Positions 47,162-56,248 of a stretch of DNA of 64,000 nt are shown piece after piece. The notes below the pieces were generated by a model, which did not search any database, had not been told where the DNA came from, and worked only from the letters and a program-made list of their open reading frames with translations. Each line of letters opens with the position of its first letter. The stretch's first letter is position 1. Source of the stretch: an uncultured Solirubrobacterales bacterium (GTDB lineage: Bacteria; Actinomycetota; Thermoleophilia; Solirubrobacterales; Solirubrobacteraceae); contig OY970372.1 of the NCBI GenBank assembly GCA_963718735.1, positions 1,796,366 to 1,860,365 on the forward strand, in the 5' to 3' direction. Both the position numbers and the translations under genes were made by a program.

Positions 47162-47910
47162 GAGCCGGTGTCTCGAATCGTGTCCAACCGCGGCGTCGTG
47201 GGGAACGGGACGATCGTGGCGCTGACCTCGCTCGAGCACAGTTCGCGCGCGGAGATCGACATCAGCACGTCGAAGCCTTGCAAAGCGGGGAGATCGTCGG
47301 AGGCGACGAGCAATGCGGCGCCGCGTTCGCGGGCGATGGTGCGCAGCAGCCTGTAGAGGTTGTCGCGCTCGATGGTGCTTGGCGTTATGACCGGATCGTC
47401 GAGCACGATCAGGATCGGCTCGCGGGCAAGCGCCCTGGCGAGCATCACGCGAGTGCGGTCGACCATCGAGAGCTGTGTGGCGAGCGAGTGTGCCTCGACG
47501 GCGCTGACGCCGACGAGGTCGAGTTCGCGCAACGCCCTGCGTTCGGCCTCGCGCACCGTGCGCCCGTCGCCGCCGAGCGAGAGAGCCAGGTGCTGGATGA
47601 CACTTTCACCCGGATTGGGACGCCAGTCGCAGATGGCCACATACGCCAGGCGCGAGCGCAGCAGGCGGGCGTGCTCGCCGCTGGAGATGCGAGTGAGATC
47701 GTGCCCGTCGAAGAGCACGCTGCCCGTATCGGGGCGGTCGATGCCGGAGGCGATCCGCAGCAGGGTTGACTTCCCCGAGCGCCGTCTGCCATAGACGCCG
47801 ATGTGGGCGCCGGCGGTCAGCTCCAACGAAGCATTGTCAAAAACGGCTATCTCGCCGCTTCCGTCGGGGTATGCCTTGCTGACGTCGCGAATGCGCAGCA
47901 GGGACGTCAT
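47158..47910 (-). CDS. Degenerate ABC ATP-binding protein
   Basis: GRRRSGKS Walker A, but signature LSMVD, Walker B IVLDDP and H-loop VASDD. Confidence 0.85.
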   Translation of the reverse strand: MTSLLRIRDVSKAYPDGSGEIAVFDNASLELTAGAHIGVYGRRRSGKSTLLRIASGIDRPDTGSVLFDGHDLTRISSGEHARLLRSRLAYVAICDWRPNPGESVIQHLALSLGGDGRTVREAERRALRELDLVGVSAVEAHSLATQLSMVDRTRVMLARALAREPILIVLDDPVITPSTIERDNLYRLLRTIARERGAALLVASDDLPALQGFDVLMSISARELCSSEVSATIVPFPTTPRLDTIRDTGS

Positions 47911-48503
47911 CGCAACGGCTGACGCCTCGCGTGCTCGGCGATGCGGTCGCGCGCGGCCGCCGCCCAGTCGATCTCGGCGCGCAGCTGCGTGTAGACGGCT
48001 TCCCGAGTGCAATCCATGTAAAGCGCCGCCCAAGAGCGCTGCGCGCCTCCGTTGGGGGTGACGAGCTGAGCCAGCGCAAGGCACTTCTGCTCGTAGTCGC
48101 GCAACGCGACCATCAAACGAGGGGCGTCCTCGGGACGGGCGACGGCGAGCTTCGCGTGCAAGCCGAAACGCACGGGCTCGCGCGGGAGCAGGGTCTCCAT
48201 CCAGAGCGTCAGGGCGTGGGGCGTCTTCTGGGTGGGGTGGTAGACGATCATCGTGCGCCGCCCGTTGTTCTTGCGTTCCTCGCGCGAGACAAGCAGCTCC
48301 TCGCGCTCGAGCTGCTCGAGCAGCCGGTAAGCGTCGTTCGTGTCCAGCCGCCAGGTCTCCCCGAGTCGCACGAGCATGCGATTGGCAAGGTCCCCGCCGT
48401 GACCGGGACGCTCGAGCACCAACCCGAGCAGGACCCCGCGCATCGAGGCCGAGCCGCCACGCAGCCACTCCCGCTTCTGGAGCTTCCCCCGAGGATTAGC
48501 CAT
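47907..48503 (-). CDS. PadR-family transcriptional regulator
   Basis: VLLGLVLERPGHG, YRLLEQLEREEL and RMIVYHPT-like wing. ATGA overlap with the NBD gene. Confidence 0.8.
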   Translation of the reverse strand: MANPRGKLQKREWLRGGSASMRGVLLGLVLERPGHGGDLANRMLVRLGETWRLDTNDAYRLLEQLEREELLVSREERKNNGRRTMIVYHPTQKTPHALTLWMETLLPREPVRFGLHAKLAVARPEDAPRLMVALRDYEQKCLALAQLVTPNGGAQRSWAALYMDCTREAVYTQLRAEIDWAAAARDRIAEHARRQPLR

Positions 48504-48983
48504 CGCTCAACTCACTCTCCCGATCCGGTGACTCAGGATCCCGTCCATGTCCCGTCCATGCCATGTGTGCCTTCTTCACAACCAGTCGATCTGACAGAAT
48601 ACTACAGGAAGCCCCAGATCTATGCCATTGAATGAGATTCATCGGATCAGTTGTGAGGTTTAGATCGGGTGATTGAAGACGATTCGTTACAAAATTTAGG
48701 CTCAATTCCGTGAAATGGAATACGCGAAGCCTCAACGGCCAGCCGCTCGACCGGGCCGCGAGCGAGTGTGCCAGCGATCGCGCGTAGCGCAAAACTGACC
48801 GTATAACGTGACTTTTTGGTTGCCCTCAGGCTGGGCGCGACCCGCTTTCCGTGACGAGAATCGCTCTCTAGGGAGCCAAGTTCACAGCAGTGCGAAAGCC
48901 CCATCCATAGTCAGAGACAATCGGTGAAGACTCGTTTGCGTGTTTTCGACTTGATCCCTCATAGGCAGCTGTAGGCACAACGC

Positions 48984-49949
48984 TCAGGGCAGCTTGAGCG
49001 AGCGCACGATCTCCTCGCCGTGGGGTGAGAGCGTCCACGCGTTGGGGCGACCGGCGCCTCCCGCCCGCTTGGTGAGCACTTCCAGTCGCTCCAAGCGCGA
49101 GAGCAGGGTCGAGGCCTGCCCGAGGTGCTTGATGCCGATTCCATTCGCGATCTTCTTGTTGCTGGCGCCTGGATTCTCGGCTATGTAGAGCACGCAGGCC
49201 CGCGCCCTGCTCGCCCTTGCGTGATGCAGTTGCTTGGGAACCGGCACGCGCGGGCGCAGTGGCTTCGCGGAGCGCTCTTCTGCGAGCACCTTGGAGCGCT
49301 CCTCTCCGAGCCTGGCGGCCTCGATCGCTTCATCGGGCCCCAGGAAGGGCGTGACGACGAGCGCCGCAAGCTCGCCGAGCAGGCTTATGAACGGCGGAGC
49401 CTGGCGGGAGACCATGCGCGCGTGCAGGATCCCGGCGACCGACACGACGGCGGCCTCGGCGGTCACGGCCGGCGGTTGACGATTCGCCGGCAGCGTATCC
49501 CTCACGCCGTCGACCAAGGTCACAAGCGGCTCGAGCAGCTTGGCGCGATGCTCGAGCGCCGCCGGAGGGCCGGCAAGCGCGTCGACCAGGCAGACGCGTG
49601 CCAGCTCCGGCTCGGAGTCGAGCAGGACCAGCAGAGCCTCGAGGCCCGCGAGCACGCTCGATCTCCACAGCTTCTCGCGCTCGAACGCGTCGCGGATCAG
49701 GTTGACCGGCCACGAGGTGACCTGCTGGACGAGCTCGACGAAAGCCTGTTCGACGCTACCGAAGATGCCGGTGAAGGTCACCCGCGAGACGCGTGCCTGC
49801 GCGGCCACAGCCCCGATCGTCGTGCCGTACAGCCCGCGATCGGCGACTATCTCGGTCATCGCCGCGAGCATGCGCCTACGCTGGACCTCGACGATCTGCT
49901 TCTGCGAGCGCCGACGGGGACGTGCGGAGGGAGGTCTCCTGGATGGCAT
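48984..49949 (-). CDS. TetR/AcrR-family regulator with an additional C-terminal winged-HTH
   Basis: QRRRMLAAMTEIVADRGLYGTTIGAVAAQARVSRVTF. C-terminal PGASNKKIA...GQASTLLSRLERLEVL...NAWTLSPHG. Confidence 0.8.
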   Translation of the reverse strand: MPSRRPPSARPRRRSQKQIVEVQRRRMLAAMTEIVADRGLYGTTIGAVAAQARVSRVTFTGIFGSVEQAFVELVQQVTSWPVNLIRDAFEREKLWRSSVLAGLEALLVLLDSEPELARVCLVDALAGPPAALEHRAKLLEPLVTLVDGVRDTLPANRQPPAVTAEAAVVSVAGILHARMVSRQAPPFISLLGELAALVVTPFLGPDEAIEAARLGEERSKVLAEERSAKPLRPRVPVPKQLHHARASRARACVLYIAENPGASNKKIANGIGIKHLGQASTLLSRLERLEVLTKRAGGAGRPNAWTLSPHGEEIVRSLKLP

Positions 49950-50476
49950 CGCTCAGCTTCTCCGGAGGGCTCCGGCCAGAGCCGGGAAAGTCAGGGTCGC
50001 GGTAACTATCAATCCGACGGGAACATCTGAGATGGGCGCCATTGTGCGGTAGTCAACAAGCCGCGGTCTCGCTCGTCAATGTTTGTCGCCAGTAGATTGG
50101 ATGTCTGGTTATTCTCGATGCCCTTATTCTCGCGCCATCGCTAGCCAGAGTTCCCGCGCACGAGGACCAATATGTCTCGGCGGTTTGCGAGATCATGCCC
50201 AGTAGCCGTCTGGTTTACGATCCGCTCAACTGCCTGGCTCAGTCTCAGTGAGTGCCTCAAAGTCGCCAACGGCTCAGCACATGAGGCTTCTTACTCAGTT
50301 CGCCTGGATATGCAGTCAGGTCCTGTCAAGGCAGCACCTGCTGTGCTGGCTCACTCGCCCTTCTGGATCCGTGGAATTTAGCCGCCATCATGATCCGACC
50401 ATCGCATCGAGTGCCAAGAAACGCGTAGCCACGGTCGACGAGGCGCAGGGCTCCGGTGGCGCATCTCACCCGCTTA

Positions 50477-51363
50477 GAGGCTGTTTCACGGAAGGGTTGG
50501 TGGTCGGGTTGGCGAATCTTGGTTGGAGACATAACCCAGCGTGAGGAGGTCGGCATGGCGAGTGTGTTGGATGTCGGCGATGAGTTGTGGGGCTGGCTGA
50601 GCCACTGATCCCGCCGGTCAAGACGCCGGCTCACCAAGGGCAGCGGCCGGTCCCGGATCGGGTGGCGTTCAACGCGATCATGTTCGTGTTGGTGACGGGG
50701 ATCGCATGGCGCCATCTGCCTCGAGAGATCGGTTGCTCGGGGGTTACGGCATGGCGAGGACTGCGTGACTGGCAAGCCGCGGGAGTCTGGGAGCAGCTAC
50801 ACGCGCTGCTGGTCGAGCGGCTGAACGCTGCTGGGGCGATCGACTGGTCGGGATCGGTGGTGGACGGCAGCCATATACGTGCTCTTCAAGGGGGCCTTGA
50901 CCGGGCCCTCGCCCGTTGACCATGGCCGAACCGGGTCAAAGAGCACCATCTGATCGTCGACCCGTCGGGCATCCCGCTTGCGATCACGCTCACGGGCGGC
51001 AACCGCCACGACGTCACCCAACTGTTGCCGCTCGTGGACGGCGTCGGCCCGGTGCGCGGCAAAGTCGGCCGCCCCCGTCAGCGTGCCGATAGCGTGATCG
51101 CCGATCGCGGCTATGACTACGACAAATATCGCCGTGAACTGCGGGCACGTGGGATCAAGCCAATCATCGCCTGCCGTGGCACCGAGCATGGCTCCGGCCT
51201 TGGAAAGCTGCGCTGGGTCGTTGAGCGAACTTTCGCCTGGCTGCACTTCTTCCGCCGACTACGCATCCGATGGGAGCGCCGGCCCGAGCTACACCAAGCG
51301 TTCCTGCACCTCGGCTGCGCCATCATCTGCCAACGCTACCTCCACACTCTGTGAAACAGCCTC
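50477..51363 (+). mobile_element. IS5-family insertion sequence (two-ORF, frameshift type)
   Basis: 13-bp perfect TIRs GAGGCTGTTTCAC (50477-50489) and GTGAAACAGCCTC (51351-51363), flanked by TA...TA. Confidence 0.92.
50555..51354 (+). pseudogene. IS5 transposase orfA/orfB with a native AAGGGGG shift site plus two extra frameshifts
   Basis: GIAWRHLP, WRGLRDWQAAGVW, VVDGSHIRA, NRHDV, IADRGYD and RWVVERTFAWL. Breaks near 50611 and 50941. Confidence 0.85.
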
Positions 51364-51598
51364 TAAGAAGCCGGATCCAAGAGGACGCTATAGACGATCC
51401 ACGGTACAGATCGGTGCATGGTAGGTCAATTCAGCTTTCGTAGTTGGGGCCGCAGAGTCAGCTTGTTTCTAGCATGCGCTAGGAGCCCTCAGGCTCATAA
51501 CTGGAGTATCGCAATAGGTATCGCTGCTGCCTCCTTATCTGCGAATCGCCCTAAAAAGGAACTAGTGGTCATACACTCGACCTGCCGAGCAAGACAAG

Positions 51599-52576
51599 CT
51601 AGACGGTTTGATCGCCTACTGTTCTCGCCACCGGATCTGTGGTTTGAGTAGCCGAACTACCAAGGAGGTCACCGACTTTTGCCAGTTGGCGCGCAAAGGC
51701 CTGACCCTTGACTCGCTCACATTCGTATGCATTCAAGCCAGCGCGCGTCAGAGCATAATCATACACGATCGCATCGGCGGCGCTGCGCTCTGCAAGCAGG
51801 TCGAGAGCATCGGCTGTGAGGACTTCATCTCCAGTGCATATAGCGATTGGACTGAGTCCTTCTCCAGTTACATTTAGTTCGATCGGCTCAAGGATTGTAT
51901 CGAACAAATGAGCCATACCCGCCCAAGCACTGTCTCGGAGCTCGAGGACGCCGACGAAACCAAATCCAGCGAGCCGCCTAATCGCGTCGAAAGCTATATC
52001 TTTAATGTCGGACCTCGCAACAAAATCCGCGCTTGGGAGACGAGGATCACCGTATAGAAGCATACGGCACACCTGGTTGTCGATGGCGGGAGCCACGCGT
52101 GGCTCGGACAGGAACTCGAAAAGTGGTAGTAGGGCATATTCGTCAGCGCGATAGGGGGCCCAATCCTTGCCGATGTCTGGGATGCGCCAATAGAGGAACA
52201 GCGACAAAAGTCGCGCTCGAGGCTCTCTCAATACCGTAGCAATGGACGAGATGTCTGCGATCTGCAGCAGAGTGGCCAATGCGAAATGACCGCTGACAGC
52301 ACGGTATTGGCCTAGCGACTGGATCTCCTCGCGAGTTGCAGCAACCCGCTCGCGTACATTCGAGCTCAGGAGATCAAAGTCGTCGAAGTCGCAAAAAGTC
52401 GATCTATCAAAACGACGAGGAGCCACTGATCCTGGCGGGAGTGAGTTCTCGAGCGCAGAATGTATGCTCACACCCCCACTCTTTGGAATGTGCATAAAAC
52501 ACTTAGGAGGGCCTCCACCATGGAAGGTGTCGTCGACAGCCCCAGTCACGTCCGGCTTGGATCTTCTAACCCGCAC
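51599..52576 (-). CDS. Sulfotransferase family 2 protein
   Basis: FMHIPKSGGVSI (5'-PSB), SGHF, TVLREPRARLLS (3'-PB) and FVGVLE. AT-richer codon usage. Confidence 0.82.
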   Translation of the reverse strand: MRVRRSKPDVTGAVDDTFHGGGPPKCFMHIPKSGGVSIHSALENSLPPGSVAPRRFDRSTFCDFDDFDLLSSNVRERVAATREEIQSLGQYRAVSGHFALATLLQIADISSIATVLREPRARLLSLFLYWRIPDIGKDWAPYRADEYALLPLFEFLSEPRVAPAIDNQVCRMLLYGDPRLPSADFVARSDIKDIAFDAIRRLAGFGFVGVLELRDSAWAGMAHLFDTILEPIELNVTGEGLSPIAICTGDEVLTADALDLLAERSAADAIVYDYALTRAGLNAYECERVKGQAFARQLAKVGDLLGSSATQTTDPVARTVGDQTV

Positions 52577-53005
52577 TATACAGGGTGCCTATGAATCTCG
52601 GCATCGAGGTCATCGCGGCTAGTCCCAACTCGCAACAAGAGGATAACATCGGTTTATCATGACGGTGGATGCGGACATCTCCATCTGGGCCGATGCTCTA
52701 TACGGATTCCTAGCCTTGCCTCGATAGCGTTTCATAACCGAAGGGACCCAAGGTATACGAAGTCGCTGTGTCAATTGTGCCTGATGACACTGACCACCGC
52801 CTATGCATCCAAGATCCATCGCGCCGCACGCCGGAACTCTTAGCTTTCGAGACTCTATGCAAGATACAATCAATAGGACCCTTTCGGCGACCCCACGACT
52901 TGACCCGCAACTCAACGGATCCATCCCCGCGCCGTTTCTCGGTCAACAAGCCGCAGAATCGACCGGCGCGCCACTCTTGCGCAATCAAGGCTAGACTGGC
53001 CCGCC

Positions 53006-56000
53006 GTGAACCCCGGTCAGCATCCCCCCCCAAATGGACTTCCGCAATACTCCGAGAAGCTAACGGAGTATATTGCTGAGGCGCCACTTGAGCGCAAGCC
53101 AATCGCCGAATTTGTTGCCGCGGCGGCAGCGTGCCTGCCTGCAGCGAGCAGCGTCGTCGATGTCGGCGCTGGCCACGCCCCATTTCGCGAGCTCTTTAGC
53201 CATGTCACGTATCTGACCGTAGATCGCGCTGAGTCGCCGCACGGCGACGAATACGACTTCGACATCGTTGCCTCAGCCGAGAGGATCCCGCTCCAGGACG
53301 CTAGCCTCGACGCGATTCTCTGCACGCAAGTGCTCGAGCACCTCCCAGAGCCGGCGGACGCCCTGGCGGAGTTCTTCCGGCTGCTGAAGCCCGGAGGAAA
53401 GCTGTTCCTGACCGCTCCCCTTGTATGGGAGGAGCACGAGAAGCCTCATGACTATTTTCGCTACACCAGGTCAGGACTTTCCCATCTCCTCAACCACGCC
53501 GGCTTTCGATCCATCGAGATCACAGGACGAACTGACTGTTTCAGCACGCTAGCTCAGCTTCTGCGCAACGCAAGATGGTCTCTCGGCGAGATAGGCGAGG
53601 ATCCAGAGGCTGCCCGCCGGGCAGCATTTCTCCGTCTGGACGAGATGGCCGAGGAGCTCCTCAAGCTCGACTCACTGGACGCACGTCATGCTTTTCCCCT
53701 CGGGTACCAGGCCGTAGCAACGCGACCGCTTGAAGAGACGATCCAGGCTTCCGTCGGTACCATCAAACATGTCACGCGGACCCATCCGTGTCTACGCCGC
53801 AGAACTCCGATATTGTATCTAGCGCCGTGGGTGGATCTAGGCGGTTCGGACAAGGGGACAATCGATTGGTTCAAGCACATCGATCGCACCCGCTGGGCAC
53901 CATCAATCATTACCACGCAGCCATCATCCAATCGCTGGCTCCCGTCCCTTGAGCCCTATGCCGACGAGATTTGGTCGTTGCCCGACCTTATGCGAGGCTC
54001 TGAGTTTCCCTCGTTTGTTTTGGGATTTATCGAATCTCGTCACGTCGAGGTCGCGCATATCATGAACTCCCGCTTGGGCTTCGACCTGATGCCCGATATG
54101 AGGTGTCTGCCCGAACCTCCTGTTGTGGTCATCCAGCATCATGCTGAGGAGCACGATAAGTCTGGCTACGTGCGCTATGTCGCTTCGCGCTATGGCAATC
54201 TTGTCGATGCGTTTTCGGTGACAAGCCAGCAGCTCGCCGATGCGATGACGGGCTATGATGTACCTCGGTCTCGCATCCATGTGATATCTACAGGAGTAGA
54301 CGGTCTCGGAGAATTCAATCCCGATCGCGTCGCCCCTATCGAACTCCCTACACAACCAGGCTCACGAATACTATGGCCGGGTCGTCTCGTAGCTCAGAAG
54401 GACCCGATGCTCACCCTAGAGGTAATCAAGTTGCTTGCAGAGCGCGGAGTCTCGTTCTCGCTGCAAGTAGTCGGAGATGGAGATATGAAGGAAGAGGTCA
54501 TAAACCGTGCCCTAGAGCTGGGTGTTGACCATCTGATCAGTTGGCATCCGCCTTCATTCGAGATGCCACGCTGGTACCGCGCTTCCGATCTCCTGTTGAT
54601 GACAAGCACCTTTGAGGGTGTACCTTATGTGATTTACGAGGCACTGGCGATGGGCGTTCCCGTAGTAGCACCGGCGCTGCCTGGAAACATCGAGCTGATG
54701 GGCGCGGAAGGGGGAGCGCTAATTTGTCCTCGCGACGACGCCTCAGCCTACGCCGACGCTATCCAAGCGCTGTTGCAAGACGATCGTCGTCGACACGAGA
54801 TTGCAGTTGCAGCGCGCGCGAAGATGCTCAAGGAGCACTCCCTCGAGGAGATGGCGAATCGTCACGACGCTCTTTATCGGCACCTTCTCACTCACAGACC
54901 CAAAAGCTCGCGACAGGGCGCTGAGATAGCCGAAACAATAGATCCAGGTGTATCAAGCCCTTCTCCTATCTGCTTTTCACGCAATCCTCCACCGGATCGT
55001 ACTATCGCCGTGATCGTGCCCTGCTTTCAGCACGGAAGATTTTTGCCAGATGCAATCGAGTCGCTACGTAAGCAAACTTTGATGCCGCAAAGAATTGTGG
55101 TTGTAGACGATGCATCTGCCGACCCTGAGACCACGGAGGCGCTCGACAAGCTGGAGCAAGACCCGCTTGTTACAGTCATTCGCTTGGCAGAGAACTCAGG
55201 TCCAAGCGTGGCGCGCAACCGGGCACTCGCCGAAGTGACAGAGAACTATGTGCTACCGCTGGATGCAGACGATATGCTGTTGAGAACAACCTTGGAGGAG
55301 ATGGTCGAACAGCTCGAGCGCGCCCCTGAGTCTGTAGGCTTTATCTATCCAAACGTCCAACATTTCGGCAATCGCCACGATTCCTACCGGCCTCCTGCTT
55401 ATAACCTCAATGCGCTATTGAACAACAATTATTGCGCTGCTGCATCTCTATTCGATCGCCGAGTCTTTCTTGCAGGCGTACGCTATCCAGAAGACATTGC
55501 ATTTGGACACGAGGACTGGGATTTGGTATTGCAGATGGCCGAACGAGGCATCGAGGGCGAAGCCGCCGAGAGCGGCACTCTTCTTTACCGAAAGCGCGGA
55601 TTCAGCCGAGTCAACTCTGTAGAGTACGGTCCTAGGTCCTTTCACGAGCGTATCTCGAGGCGTCATCCTGTTCTATATGGGCAGCGTAGAAACAAGATCA
55701 AGGCAGAATGGGCCCCAGCCTTGTCCGTTATCCTCTTGGACGGATGTGACGGCGTGGCAAAGATGTGGCCGAATAAAGATGAGCTAGCAAGACGCCTTGA
55801 CGTACAGAGCTATGAAGATTTCGAGACCATCTGTGCAGGCGTCTCATTGAATAACCCAAGTGGGTTGTACGTCCGGGATGTCTCCCATGCAGGAGATGAA
55901 CAGATGCAAGCAGCAATACAGGCAGCTCGGGGCAGATTTGTCCTAGTTGCAGGCGTCGGAGCTGCCGATGCTATGAAGGGTGGTGGGTTCCTGGAGCAGG

Positions 56001-56248
56001 TGATCCGTCTGCTCTGGGGTAATGGAGAGTCACCACGACTCGTGTTCGCCACCGTCCCTGATCAACGGGGTCCTAGGCTCCGTCTCTTGGACAAGCGTGA
56101 AGCGGCCACAGCCGTCCCGTGCGGTGTCGCCTGGCGACGAGAGGAGAGCGAGTCACACCAGGTCGACATTGGTGCCGCGATGACACCAATCGAAGATGTA
56201 ATTATGTGTTGGCAAATTGATGGTCCCATCGAGTGGCGTTCGATATGA
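53006..56248 (+). CDS. Multidomain SAM methyltransferase + GT4 + GT2 glycosyltransferase
   Basis: VVDVGAGHAP...TQVLEHLPEP (MTase), GGSDK...GRL...KDP...EGVPYVIYEALAMG (GT4), and VIVPCFQHGRFL...VVDDAS...PLDADD...HEDWD (GT2). Confidence 0.9.
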   Translation: MNPGQHPPPNGLPQYSEKLTEYIAEAPLERKPIAEFVAAAAACLPAASSVVDVGAGHAPFRELFSHVTYLTVDRAESPHGDEYDFDIVASAERIPLQDASLDAILCTQVLEHLPEPADALAEFFRLLKPGGKLFLTAPLVWEEHEKPHDYFRYTRSGLSHLLNHAGFRSIEITGRTDCFSTLAQLLRNARWSLGEIGEDPEAARRAAFLRLDEMAEELLKLDSLDARHAFPLGYQAVATRPLEETIQASVGTIKHVTRTHPCLRRRTPILYLAPWVDLGGSDKGTIDWFKHIDRTRWAPSIITTQPSSNRWLPSLEPYADEIWSLPDLMRGSEFPSFVLGFIESRHVEVAHIMNSRLGFDLMPDMRCLPEPPVVVIQHHAEEHDKSGYVRYVASRYGNLVDAFSVTSQQLADAMTGYDVPRSRIHVISTGVDGLGEFNPDRVAPIELPTQPGSRILWPGRLVAQKDPMLTLEVIKLLAERGVSFSLQVVGDGDMKEEVINRALELGVDHLISWHPPSFEMPRWYRASDLLLMTSTFEGVPYVIYEALAMGVPVVAPALPGNIELMGAEGGALICPRDDASAYADAIQALLQDDRRRHEIAVAARAKMLKEHSLEEMANRHDALYRHLLTHRPKSSRQGAEIAETIDPGVSSPSPICFSRNPPPDRTIAVIVPCFQHGRFLPDAIESLRKQTLMPQRIVVVDDASADPETTEALDKLEQDPLVTVIRLAENSGPSVARNRALAEVTENYVLPLDADDMLLRTTLEEMVEQLERAPESVGFIYPNVQHFGNRHDSYRPPAYNLNALLNNNYCAAASLFDRRVFLAGVRYPEDIAFGHEDWDLVLQMAERGIEGEAAESGTLLYRKRGFSRVNSVEYGPRSFHERISRRHPVLYGQRRNKIKAEWAPALSVILLDGCDGVAKMWPNKDELARRLDVQSYEDFETICAGVSLNNPSGLYVRDVSHAGDEQMQAAIQAARGRFVLVAGVGAADAMKGGGFLEQVIRLLWGNGESPRLVFATVPDQRGPRLRLLDKREAATAVPCGVAWRREESESHQVDIGAAMTPIEDVIMCWQIDGPIEWRSI

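Noticed and set aside
52577-53005. Small ORFs between the sulfotransferase and the GT fusion
   Set aside because: No recognisable motifs, RBS or consistent codon bias in any frame.
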